Of a stretch of 64,000 nucleotides of DNA, positions 38,188 to 46,832 are shown in pieces (positions within the stretch are counted from its first letter, which is position 1; each line of letters starts with the position of its first letter). The position numbers were made by a program, and so were the translations under genes. Source of the stretch: Candidatus Multivoradales bacterium. Its GTDB lineage: Bacteria > Acidobacteriota > Thermoanaerobaculia > Multivoradales > J023. Location of the stretch: assembly GCA_965248925.1 (NCBI GenBank), contig CBDFLE010000006.1, forward strand, positions 4,384,001 to 4,448,000. The letters run 5' to 3'. The notes under the pieces were generated by a model, which worked only from the letters and a program-made list of their open reading frames with translations, was not told the origin of the DNA and ran no database searches.

Positions 38188-39036
38188 ATGAAGTCAACCG
38201 TCCGTCGATTTCGGAATGCTGGGTGCGTTCAACTAGTAGTCATGCTCATCGCTGGCGCTGCCTGTGCCTTGGCTGCGGAGGTCCAGCAGCGGGACGCCAA
38301 GACCGCCACCGCAGCTGCACGCCTGCTGCTGCCTTTCTACAAGATCGACACCGTCCGTCCGCTCGGCACCACCACTCTTTTCTCGCTTCGCAATGAGGCG
38401 GATGCGCCGGTGGAGGTGGTCTTGGAGTACCACCAGACCGACCAGCCGGCGGTGACTCAGCTGACTCAGCAGGTGACGCTGGCGGCAAAGCAAGTGATGC
38501 CGATCAACCTCCGTGACATTCCTGGCCTGTTCGTTGACGAAGATGGTATCAAGCGGGGATACCTGGTGATGCGCACGACCTCAGGAGACCCGGTGCTGCA
38601 GGGTGACTTCTACCTGGTCACCCCGGAGGAGGGTTTCGCTAGCGGCGATCGGTTGATCAACCTGGATGGGAGTAGCCAGCACATCGACCTGTGTCGCAAT
38701 TTCAGTGTGCGCTTCCTCAACGGGGGAGTGTTCAGCGGCGGCACTCTGTTTACTATTTGGTTGGATCGAGATACGCCGCCGGATACCTCGGTCGCGGCGT
38801 TGACCTACCGGGTGTATGGGGAATCGGGCGGTGCGCCGGTGTTGCAGCAAGCTCTCTTTGTTGGCGACGTGGCCTTCCAGGTCAGTGCCGCCACGTTGAC
38901 TTCCCTGACGTCGGTAGACTTTGGGGCGATCGAATTCGAGTTCAATGGCGCCGACGGATTCGTCTCAGCAGTGCTCGATGCCAACGGTCTATACTCGGTG
39001 GGCCTGCCCGCGGCCTGCCTCGATGCCCAGCAATGA
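38188..39036 (+). CDS. Secreted beta-rich hypothetical (possible surface) protein
   Basis: AGGAG SD, signal peptide, AARLLLPFY..D...TTTLFSLRN, RGY motifs, terminal Cys. Confidence 0.65.
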   Translation: MKSTVRRFRNAGCVQLVVMLIAGAACALAAEVQQRDAKTATAAARLLLPFYKIDTVRPLGTTTLFSLRNEADAPVEVVLEYHQTDQPAVTQLTQQVTLAAKQVMPINLRDIPGLFVDEDGIKRGYLVMRTTSGDPVLQGDFYLVTPEEGFASGDRLINLDGSSQHIDLCRNFSVRFLNGGVFSGGTLFTIWLDRDTPPDTSVAALTYRVYGESGGAPVLQQALFVGDVAFQVSAATLTSLTSVDFGAIEFEFNGADGFVSAVLDANGLYSVGLPAACLDAQQ

Positions 39037-39133
39037 GCACCCGTGAGGACGCATTGTCAGCCGACGGCTACGTCCTCGGGCGGGGACGTCTCGGCTAGAT
39101 ACTGAGCTTCCAATGAGGGTCTTGGATAGAGTG

Positions 39134-39146
39134 TAACCTGTTGATT
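39134..39146. promoter_or_regulatory. IHF-binding site
   Basis: Minus strand AATCAACAGGTTA is an exact match to WATCAA-N4-TTR, in an AT-rich tract. Confidence 0.55.
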
Positions 39147-39185
39147 ATGCTTGACTTAATGGATTTTTGTTGAGCAATTTCAAAG

Positions 39186-39202
39186 TTGGCTTGATCTTCG
39201 CA
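39186..39202 (+). promoter_or_regulatory. Sigma-54-like promoter
   Basis: TTGGCTTGATCTTCGCA, GG-N10-GC spacing; predicted start just before AGGAGG SD of gene at 39228. Confidence 0.5.
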
Positions 39203-39227
39203 GCTAGCAATGAGCAGGAGGTTAGCC

Positions 39228-40157
39228 ATGAAAGAAAGACCGAAGAACCACCGATATGAGAACCCCAGCTGGAGCCGGCTACGGCACGGACTGGTGCTAG
39301 CCTCGGCTGTTGCCTTGGCCGCTACATTCACTGTTAGTACAGCGTCGGCGGAAGCAGAGCGCGAGCGCTCTTACCGCTCCGAGGACAGGGCCCGTCGAGG
39401 TGCCTCGGCGCGCCGCTCCGGCCAATCGCGTGAACGGGCCGCCGTCGGCCACCGCGGTCAAACTGAGGAGCGTAGTAGATCCCACGTCCGGCGCAATGAA
39501 CGTCGTCGCGACGAGGGCCGGCGCGGCGAGCGGAATCGCCCCGACCGCCGCCGCCGCGAGACCCACCGCAACGATACTCGCCGGAACGATCATCACCGTG
39601 CCGATCGCAACCGCTCAGACCGTTACCGCGCCGATCGCAACCGCTCGGACCGTTACCGCGCCGATCGCAACCGCTCGGACCGTTACCGCGCCGATCGCAA
39701 CCGCTCGGACCGTTACCGCGCAGACCAACGGCACCACAATTCTCGGCGCCGCGATGGCTACTCCAGTCGCTATCGCTACGACCGCAACCGCTATGATGGC
39801 CGTCACGGCAGCCATCGCTATCCCAAGTACCAATACCGCGGCCGATACCACACCTACTCGCACCCGCGGCACTACTTCACCTACGACAGCCATCGCTATC
39901 GTCGGCACCGGGCTTTCGAGGTTCCGCTGCGCATTCTCGGCGCTCTGTTGCACGACTACGACTCCTACCACCACTCACGGGTCTACTACTCGAGCCATGG
40001 GCACTACCACTCCATCTATCGCTTCCCGGTCTACCTGGACGAAGGGGTGCTCTACCGGCCCTACTCCTACTGCGAGGGTGAGTATTTCGAGTCCGGCTTG
40101 TTCTACGATCAAGGGCCGCGGTTCGGGCTGGGACTGAACCTCGACATCCGCTTCTGA
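39228..40157 (+). CDS. Secreted Arg/Asp/His/Tyr-rich low-complexity protein
   Basis: AGGAGG SD, signal peptide (STASA), RADRNRSDRY repeats, H/Y-rich C-terminal half ending LDIRF. Confidence 0.75.
   Translation: MKERPKNHRYENPSWSRLRHGLVLASAVALAATFTVSTASAEAERERSYRSEDRARRGASARRSGQSRERAAVGHRGQTEERSRSHVRRNERRRDEGRRGERNRPDRRRRETHRNDTRRNDHHRADRNRSDRYRADRNRSDRYRADRNRSDRYRADRNRSDRYRADQRHHNSRRRDGYSSRYRYDRNRYDGRHGSHRYPKYQYRGRYHTYSHPRHYFTYDSHRYRRHRAFEVPLRILGALLHDYDSYHHSRVYYSSHGHYHSIYRFPVYLDEGVLYRPYSYCEGEYFESGLFYDQGPRFGLGLNLDIRF
39601..39720 (+). repeat. 30-bp coding tandem repeat, 4 copies
   Basis: CCGATCGCAACCGCTC(A/G)GACCGTTACCGCG x4. Confidence 0.95.
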
Positions 40158-40183
40158 GTTGTCGCCCGATACGGTCAATTGGC

Positions 40184-40215
40184 AACGCCCCGCGATGGAC
40201 CCATCGCGGGGCGTT
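40184..40215. terminator. Bidirectional terminator-like hairpin between convergent genes
   Basis: AACGCCCCGCGATGG-AC-CCATCGCGGGGCGTT perfect inverted repeat. Confidence 0.7.
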
Positions 40216-40233
40216 TGTGCTGAGGCCGCTGCT

Positions 40234-41775
40234 TTATTGGGCGAAGATATCTTCCACCGATACGATCTGCACTGCGTCGGCGGCAATCGCCAACGGGTAG
40301 GTGGAGATCTCCTCGTCTTCGCTCAGCACCTCGGCGGGCTTTGGCGCCGGATACTCGATCGGGCTGGGAGCGTCTGCTATCAGCGCCTTGCTCAGTCCCG
40401 TTGCCTCGCCGCTAACGATGGCGATCTGCAAGTTGGCGGTTTGCAGGTGTTGGCGCAAAGCCGCATTGACTTCTTCGCGAGTGATCTGACCCATCATCTG
40501 GCGGAACTTCGCCAGGTGCCCCTCTTCCTCGATACCGTAGAAACGGTCGTCGATGGCATAGCCCAACCGATTCTGAGTGGTTTCCGCGAAGTGCAGATGG
40601 TACTTGGTGAGGAAGGTGCGGGTCAGTTCGAATTGCTCTTCGCTGAGCCCTTGTTCGACCAGCAGATCGATTTCCCGCAAGGCCGCTCGCAGGGCGAATA
40701 TCGCGTTCCTATTTGGCAGAGTACGAATCCAGACTTCGAAAATCTGTTGCCGGCGGGCAACGTTCGTCGGCGGCATGTTGCGGAAGCCACCCCGAGGGAA
40801 GGCTTCGATGTAGGAATAGTCGCCGTAGTTCATCCCCCTTGCTTCGCGAATCACCTGGTAGAGGTGGCTGGCGGAGTTACGGTGCTCGCCGAGCCAAGAG
40901 TTGGCGATCCACAGGGCATAGTAGTCGCGCTCGCCGCGGTGTACGTCGATGGGGAAACCAAAGCTGATCGAGGCGTCCGCTCCTGGTTTGTCGACCAGCG
41001 TCACCCGCCGCCCGGAGGAGGTGACGACCTGAGGGCTGGGTACCGCCGCCGGGTTGCCTGGCGGTAGTTCTGCCACGGATCTTTCGAAGCGTTCGACCAG
41101 AGCCCCTTCGAAGCCGCCGCCCAAAGCGATCACCGCATTGTCACGGGTGTAGTAAGTGGCATAGAAGTGCTTGACATCGTCGAGGGTAATGGACGCCAGT
41201 CCAGCCTCGGTGCCGATACTGGGGTGGCGATATCGAGTGCCGACGAACACCTGCTCCAGCAGCGCCGCTTTGGCCAATTCCTCGTCCTGCGAATAGCGCA
41301 AGGACTTCTGTAGGAAGTTGAGCTGATTGCTCTTCAGGCGATCAAAATCTCTCTCCGAGAAGGCTGGATGTAGATAGGCGTCACTGTAGAGTTCGAGAAA
41401 GGCCTCCAGGTTGTCGCTGTGGGTGCGGCCACCGATGACGGTCATTTCCTTGTCTACGGAGGCGGCATAGCTTGAAGCCAGAGGATAGAGGGCTTCGAGA
41501 ATTTCCTCGTAGGACCTTACGCTGGTCGCCCCTGAGGAAAGCAAGTTGGCAGTGAGTTGAGCCAGGCCCTCCTTGCCCATTGGGTCGTCTTGTGAGCCGA
41601 CTTTGAACCAGATGCCGAAGCTCACCGTGGGGTCAGAGGCGACCGGCAACAGAATCCCGTTCGAGGGTTGGCTGGCGTCGTCGGTGCCTGCCGGTGAACA
41701 AGCGCTGATCAAGGCCAGAAGGGCGATCGATAGCATGGCTCTGAAACTAGAGATCGGAGAGCTGTGATGGGCCAT
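40234..41775 (-). CDS. M16 peptidase non-catalytic subunit, lipoprotein
   Basis: Lipobox LISAC; GSQDDP.GKEGLA without HxxEH; IREARGMNYG R/Y pair. Confidence 0.85.
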   Translation of the reverse strand: MAHHSSPISSFRAMLSIALLALISACSPAGTDDASQPSNGILLPVASDPTVSFGIWFKVGSQDDPMGKEGLAQLTANLLSSGATSVRSYEEILEALYPLASSYAASVDKEMTVIGGRTHSDNLEAFLELYSDAYLHPAFSERDFDRLKSNQLNFLQKSLRYSQDEELAKAALLEQVFVGTRYRHPSIGTEAGLASITLDDVKHFYATYYTRDNAVIALGGGFEGALVERFERSVAELPPGNPAAVPSPQVVTSSGRRVTLVDKPGADASISFGFPIDVHRGERDYYALWIANSWLGEHRNSASHLYQVIREARGMNYGDYSYIEAFPRGGFRNMPPTNVARRQQIFEVWIRTLPNRNAIFALRAALREIDLLVEQGLSEEQFELTRTFLTKYHLHFAETTQNRLGYAIDDRFYGIEEEGHLAKFRQMMGQITREEVNAALRQHLQTANLQIAIVSGEATGLSKALIADAPSPIEYPAPKPAEVLSEDEEISTYPLAIAADAVQIVSVEDIFAQ

Positions 41776-41777
41776 GT

Positions 41778-43127
41778 TTAGCTATCTCCTTGTAGGGTGG
41801 CGACGGTGCGGTGCTCGGAAACCAAGATTTTCTGCGCCGCTTGTTGCAGATCCTCTGGGGTTAGCGACTCGAGAGTTTGGTAGAAGGTCTCGATCGAGTC
41901 GATGCTGCCGGCGGTAGCGATCATCCGGGCCAGGGAGCGATTCACTTTGGCCGGGGTGTCGAGGTTCATCAAGAACGAATAGCGCAAGCGGGATTTGAGA
42001 TCGGCCAGGCGGCCGGCGTCGGGAGGATTCAGCTGGGCTTTGCTGATCACCCGATCGATCTCTCGTTCAACATAGGCCAGTTTGGCCGGGTCCTTGACCC
42101 GAGCGATGATGTCCAGCAAGTCCGGGTCGCGGCTGATGTCGAGGCCGGCTTGGATGAACTCCACGGCTTGTTCTTCGAGCACCAACTTGTTGAAGATCTC
42201 GCTGGTTTCGCCGAATGCCAGGTCACAGTACAGCGAGGCGGCTACCCACGTGCGGTCACTGGGGTCGAAGGCTGGTGCTTTGTAGCCCATCCACAGCAGC
42301 GGCAGGGTGTTGCCCTCGTAGGTCACGTCGGTGCGGCGCTCGGCCTGCTGTTCGGGTTCTGGAGCAATTTCTGGCGCTCGATAACCGGGCTGCCAATCGC
42401 CATAGTGCTTCTTGATCAGCTGTCGGGTGCTCTCGATGTCGATGTCGCCACTGATCAGCAGCACGATGTTGTCGGGCCGGTAGTAACGCTCGAAGAATTG
42501 CCGCGAGTAGTCGTAAAGTTCTGGCATCAGTAGGATGTCGGCTTCGTAGCCGATCGTCAGGTGGCGGTAGGTGTGGTGGTTGAAAGCGGTCTTACGCAGC
42601 GACTCCACGATGGTGAAGAAGGGGCTGCTGCGGTTTTTCAGATACTCGCCATGGACCGCTCCCGCCTCGGTACGGAAGGCCGCCTTGGGATAGTCGAGAT
42701 TGAGGAAGCGGTCGCTCTCGATATCCACCACCAGCTCCAGATCCGCGTTGGTGATGCTCATGTTGTAGGCGGTCAGGTCGTTGCTGGTAAAGGCGTTGTT
42801 GTCGGCGCCGATTTCGGTGACCAGGTTGTTGTAGACATCTTGCGGGAAGCGCTCGGTGCCGCGGAACATCATGTGTTCAAAGAAGTGAGCGAAGCCGGTG
42901 CGGTTGGCCTCGTATTCGTCGCGCGAGCCGGTCTTGACGATTGACCAGTAGGAGACCAGGCCGTCACTCGGCATCGGCACCAGGATGACCTGCAGGCCGT
43001 TGTCGAGAGTTTCGACATGAGTTGGGTAGGGGAAGAAATCGTCTCCCGCCTGCACCGCGGTCGGCAACACGGTCAACAGCAGCGCTGTCAGCAGGGCGAG
43101 AGGGAGCAATGCAACGAGAATCTTCAA
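41778..43127 (-). CDS. M16 zinc peptidase catalytic subunit
   Basis: GFAHFFEHMMFRGT, NAFTS, YYRPDN; signal peptide; TTG start with AAGGAG. Confidence 0.92.
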   Translation of the reverse strand: MKILVALLPLALLTALLLTVLPTAVQAGDDFFPYPTHVETLDNGLQVILVPMPSDGLVSYWSIVKTGSRDEYEANRTGFAHFFEHMMFRGTERFPQDVYNNLVTEIGADNNAFTSNDLTAYNMSITNADLELVVDIESDRFLNLDYPKAAFRTEAGAVHGEYLKNRSSPFFTIVESLRKTAFNHHTYRHLTIGYEADILLMPELYDYSRQFFERYYRPDNIVLLISGDIDIESTRQLIKKHYGDWQPGYRAPEIAPEPEQQAERRTDVTYEGNTLPLLWMGYKAPAFDPSDRTWVAASLYCDLAFGETSEIFNKLVLEEQAVEFIQAGLDISRDPDLLDIIARVKDPAKLAYVEREIDRVISKAQLNPPDAGRLADLKSRLRYSFLMNLDTPAKVNRSLARMIATAGSIDSIETFYQTLESLTPEDLQQAAQKILVSEHRTVATLQGDS

Positions 43128-43317
43128 AGGGAATCTCCTTGAAATCGTACGGCTTCGAGGCCGTTGTCCGCCGGGTTCTTGGGTGCAGAGGATATCGCAG
43201 TAGCCGCACTCTCGGCTCTGGATGCTCTTCGACCCGCGATCCTGCCATTAGGGCTACGAGATCCGCAGGCTCAAGGTTCAGTGTTTGCTGTCCGCTCAGT
43301 GGTGGTTAGAATGCGCC

Positions 43318-43743
43318 ATGAGTAAGCAACAGGAGACCGTTTTCGACCAGGTTCTCGATGGCCGCATTCCCTGCTACAAGGTCTATGAGGACGAGCAGGT
43401 GCTGGCTTTTCTCGACATCCGCCCGTTGTCGTATGGCCACACGTTGGTGATTCCCAAACAGCGCTGCGCCTATTTGCACGACCTCGACGACTCGACTTCG
43501 GCGGCACTTGGCAGAGTCTTGCCAAGAATCGCCCGAGCGGTGCTAGCGGCCAGCGGAGCTAGGGCCTATAACGTGCTGCAAAACAACGGCGCGACCGCCG
43601 GTCAGGAGGTCATGCACGTGCATTTCCACATCATCCCGCGCCTGGGGGACAGCGGCCTGGGCATCGGCTGGTCAGCGGGCAAATTGCGAGCGGCCGCCGC
43701 CACTGCTTTGGTGGCCAAGATGCAAGCCGCGTTGAGTAGCTGA
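43318..43743 (+). CDS. HIT family nucleotide hydrolase
   Basis: AFLDIRP.SYGHTLVIPK, GQEVMHVHFHII histidine triad. Confidence 0.93.
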   Translation: MSKQQETVFDQVLDGRIPCYKVYEDEQVLAFLDIRPLSYGHTLVIPKQRCAYLHDLDDSTSAALGRVLPRIARAVLAASGARAYNVLQNNGATAGQEVMHVHFHIIPRLGDSGLGIGWSAGKLRAAAATALVAKMQAALSS

Positions 43744-43773
43744 GGGTCTGTGTTTCCCCGGTGGCGCGGACTC

Positions 43774-44796
43774 CTAGCCAGAAGGGCAGGTGTCGAAGGC
43801 GTCGGTGTCCTGGATCGGCTGGAAGGCAACGTCGATATCGTTGCGGTAGGTCTTGGTGGTACAGGTCTCGGTATCGACTACCCGCATGACCACGCCGACG
43901 TTGGTCAAACCACCGGCGAAGACCCAGAATTTGTTGAATGTACCGCTGCACGCATCGAGCACTTTGACCACCATCTCGACGTTGGTTCGGTTGAAGAACC
44001 AGAAATAGCCTGTGTCGTTGGTCAGCTCGACGGCCTTGCCGACTCCCACCCTGCCGTTCGCCCTCTCCCAGTCGACAGTGAGCTGGAAGCGGTCGTCGTT
44101 GAGGCAGAGGGTGTTCTCGTTCTCGACGCAGACGCCGGGAACGCAGACGCCGCCGGCAGCGGCTTGTTGGGCCGGAACCACCAAGGCTTGGGCCATGATG
44201 TCGTAACCTTTGGGGTTGGGGTGCAGGGGGTCCGAGTAGAGGATGTCGAAGAAATCGGGGATGTCGGCGAAGGTCTTGTGGACGTCCGCCAAGACGTAGC
44301 CATTGGCCTCGGCGTCGTCACGGAGGTTCTCCGCCAGCAAGATGTTGCGGCCGCGATTGCTGTCTTCCGGACCCCGCGGCAGCAGTGTGTTGGAGACCAA
44401 GCCGACGCCTGCTTCAGTGACCTTGGTGGCGATTTCGTTAAGATTGAAGCGAATCGACTCGACGCTGACATTGCCGTCGGAAATATCGTTGGTTCCTTCC
44501 ATCAGGATCAATACATCGCCGTTCTCAGCCAGCACTTCTTCGACTCTGGTCAGACCCTCCGGAGTGCGTTCGCCGCAGACCCCGCGGTTGATCACCTCGG
44601 CATTCAAGTCCTCAGAGCGCAGCAGGCTTTGAAGTTCTTCCGGGTAGCCGCCAAAAGAGCTGGTCGGGCACTCGACGTTGGTGTCGCCGAGGCCGACGGT
44701 AATGCTGTCGCCGAAGGCCAGGAAACGCAACGGCGTCTGGGCCAGCAGGGGAGTAGTAGTAAGCCAGAGAAGCAAGACAAGATGGGTGGTTTTCAT
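43774..44796 (-). CDS. Secreted SGNH/GDSL hydrolase with Cys-bracketed C-terminal domain
   Basis: FGDSIT, NRGV.G, GTND, DPLHP blocks; extra domain of about 120 aa; GGAG SD before ATG 44796. Confidence 0.88.
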   Translation of the reverse strand: MKTTHLVLLLWLTTTPLLAQTPLRFLAFGDSITVGLGDTNVECPTSSFGGYPEELQSLLRSEDLNAEVINRGVCGERTPEGLTRVEEVLAENGDVLILMEGTNDISDGNVSVESIRFNLNEIATKVTEAGVGLVSNTLLPRGPEDSNRGRNILLAENLRDDAEANGYVLADVHKTFADIPDFFDILYSDPLHPNPKGYDIMAQALVVPAQQAAAGGVCVPGVCVENENTLCLNDDRFQLTVDWERANGRVGVGKAVELTNDTGYFWFFNRTNVEMVVKVLDACSGTFNKFWVFAGGLTNVGVVMRVVDTETCTTKTYRNDIDVAFQPIQDTDAFDTCPSG

Positions 44797-44894
44797 CGCG
44801 TGGAGTCTCCGAGAGGGGGATCGCCGAGGGGTGCCCATTCTAGCCTATACTGCGCTCGCGGCCCAACCCTCTGGCCGTTCGAAGAGGAGCTGCG

Positions 44895-45371
44895 ATGAGC
44901 ACAGCGAGATCTTTGCAGGAGCGTTTTGCACCTAATAACGACTGTTTCGGCTGTGGCGTGGCCAACCCTCATGGGCTGCGGCTGAGCAGTTTTCCACGTC
45001 TCGAAGAGGGCGATGAGCTGGTCGCTCGCTGGACTCCTCTGGCGCATCACCGGGCCTTTGGCGCGGTGCTCAACGGCGGTATCTGCGGTGCCTTATTGGA
45101 TTGTCACAGCAATTGGGCAGCTGCCTGGCATTTGCTTCGCCAAGATCCGTCAGGGACTCTGCCGCCGACGGTGACCGCCGACTTCCACGTTCGTCTGAAA
45201 CGACCAACACCCCTCGGTCAAGAGTTACTGCTGCATGCCGTGGCGGTGGCTTCGGCGGCTGAGAAAGTGACAGTCGAAGCGACTATTGAGGCTGCTGGCA
45301 AAATCACCGCCACCTGCCTAGGTCATTTCATCGCTGTCCAGCCCGGTCATCCGGCCTACCACCGCTGGTGA
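44895..45371 (+). CDS. PaaI/hotdog-fold thioesterase
   Basis: CFGCG..NPHGL, LNGGICGALLDCHSNW, HPAYHRW. Confidence 0.88.
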   Translation: MSTARSLQERFAPNNDCFGCGVANPHGLRLSSFPRLEEGDELVARWTPLAHHRAFGAVLNGGICGALLDCHSNWAAAWHLLRQDPSGTLPPTVTADFHVRLKRPTPLGQELLLHAVAVASAAEKVTVEATIEAAGKITATCLGHFIAVQPGHPAYHRW

Positions 45372-45474
45372 TTCGCAGAGCAGTCGGTGTCAGTGAGCGT
45401 CCGGTGATTGTCATCCTTGTGTCAGGACGAGCCATTGGAGCGTTTTGGGGTTCCCGACCGGGTGAGCTTTGGTC

Positions 45475-45511
45475 TATAGTTCGAACTCGTTAACCGAACG
45501 AACGGTCGGTT
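45475..45511 (+). promoter_or_regulatory. -10 box and TetR-like palindromic operator
   Basis: TATAGT 45475-45480; AACCGAACG-AA-CGGTCGGTT 45492-45511. Confidence 0.55.
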
Positions 45512-45513
45512 GG

Positions 45514-45617
45514 TCTCAATAGGGACACATTCAACCAAGACCGGTTCAGTCATAGCGCGTTCAGGCAGGATGGATTCAGTCTAGACGCGTCCAGTCAAGA
45601 CAGTTCAGACGGTGACT
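45514..45617. repeat. Degenerate 15-bp tandem array (6-7 units)
   Basis: Units at 45514, 45529, 45544, 45559, 45574, 45589, 45603; consensus RTTCAGTCAAGACG(C/G). Confidence 0.65.
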
Positions 45618-45630
45618 AGGAGCGTAGACC

Positions 45631-46752
45631 ATGAGCATTCGCAGATCTGAACTGCCCCCGACCGGTATTGCCTCGATCGGTATTCAGCTGCCGCCGTTGG
45701 CGATGGAAGTCGCGGAGCTGGCTGATCTACGCGGTGTCGATCCTGGCAAGTACACCATCGGCCTGGGTTGTGGCGAAATGGCTCTGTGCCCGGCCGACCA
45801 CGGTGCTGTCGACCTGGCGGTGGGCGCTGCCGAACGTGCCCTGGCGCGCTGGGGTGGCCGGATCGAAGATATTGGCCTGTTGGCCCTGGGTACCGAGTCG
45901 GCGCTCGATATGAGTCGCCCGCTGAGCGCCTTCGTGGCCGATCGCCTGGGGCTGGCTGGCGCGGTGCGTTCCTACGAGGTCAAGCATGCTTGCTATGGCG
46001 GTACGTTGGCCCTGAAGCAGGCCGTGGAGTGGCGGCTATCGGGGGCGGCGGCGGGTAAGGCGGCCTTGGTGGTGGCGTCTGACGTGGCGCTCTACGCTCC
46101 CGAGGATCCTGGCGAGCCGACTCAAGGAGCCGGCGCCGTGGCGATGGTGATCGATCAACCGCTGGTGGCCTTGATCGAGCCCCGTTCATACGCTTGGAGC
46201 GAGCCGCAATTCGACTTTTGGCGTCCGGTGGGCGAGGAGTTTCCCCGTGTCGACGGGCCGTTGAGCCTCGATTGCTATTGCCGGGCCGCCGAGAAGTGTT
46301 TTGGCGCCTGGGTGGAGGAGGCTGGCATGGCGGCCGTGGACCAAGCGCGAGGGGTGTGCTTCCATGTGCCCTTCCCCAAGATGGTGCAGAAGGCGGTACG
46401 CCGACTCGGCGCTTCGTTCGGCTGGGACGAGCAGCGCACGGCGGAGTTCTTCGACCAGCGAGTGAACCCGACCATGGAGTGGAATCGGCGCTGCGGCAAC
46501 GCTTACACCGCCAGTCTGTGGATCGCGGTCGCCAATGCCTTGGTCGGGGCGCAGCCGGGAGAACGGGTGCTGGCGTTCTCTTATGGCTCTGGCTTTGGTT
46601 CCGAGCTGGTGCTACTCAGCGCTGGGCCGGAAGCGGCTCGGGCTCCTTGGGCGGTCGATGTGGCGGCCGATCTGGAGTCTCGCACCTTGATCGATGCTCA
46701 GCGCTACTGCCAACTCCGAGCGACCGAGTTGGTGGCCCCCGTGACCGTCTGA
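45631..46752 (+). CDS. Hydroxymethylglutaryl-CoA synthase family protein
   Basis: GTES (Glu), KHACYGGT (Cys), GEPTQGAGAVA, DFWRP, FHVPF (His), GNAYTAS, FSYGSG. Confidence 0.9.
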   Translation: MSIRRSELPPTGIASIGIQLPPLAMEVAELADLRGVDPGKYTIGLGCGEMALCPADHGAVDLAVGAAERALARWGGRIEDIGLLALGTESALDMSRPLSAFVADRLGLAGAVRSYEVKHACYGGTLALKQAVEWRLSGAAAGKAALVVASDVALYAPEDPGEPTQGAGAVAMVIDQPLVALIEPRSYAWSEPQFDFWRPVGEEFPRVDGPLSLDCYCRAAEKCFGAWVEEAGMAAVDQARGVCFHVPFPKMVQKAVRRLGASFGWDEQRTAEFFDQRVNPTMEWNRRCGNAYTASLWIAVANALVGAQPGERVLAFSYGSGFGSELVLLSAGPEAARAPWAVDVAADLESRTLIDAQRYCQLRATELVAPVTV

Positions 46753-46832
46753 AATCGCTCGGCGACGGCGCAACAGCATCCCCGAATCCGGGTAGTATCG
46801 CTCAGCCGGCTAGTCTGGTTGAGGAGGACCCG

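Noticed and set aside
39601-39720. 30-bp repeats as a CRISPR array
   Set aside because: Units are contiguous with no spacers and keep frame inside a coding sequence
39310-40137. Thr/Ala-rich alternative-frame ORF resembling a mucin
   Set aside because: Frame-shifted reading of the Arg-rich gene; lacks the SD and signal peptide of the 39228 frame
40159-41067. 302-aa plus-strand ORF and similar antisense ORFs (46887-47921, 48551-49690, 61491-62528)
   Set aside because: Lie opposite well-supported genes and show no motifs
43750-44898. 382-aa plus-strand ORF
   Set aside because: Antisense shadow of the SGNH hydrolase; such long shadow ORFs are expected at this GC content
45514-45617. 15-bp array as CRISPR or leader peptide
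   Set aside because: Period too short, no cas genes, and the repeat-reading frame has an upstream TAA with no start codon
46194-46832. N-terminal 213-aa extension of the 675-aa ORF
   Set aside because: Overlaps HMG-CoA synthase in another frame; strong SD and signal peptide support ATG 46833
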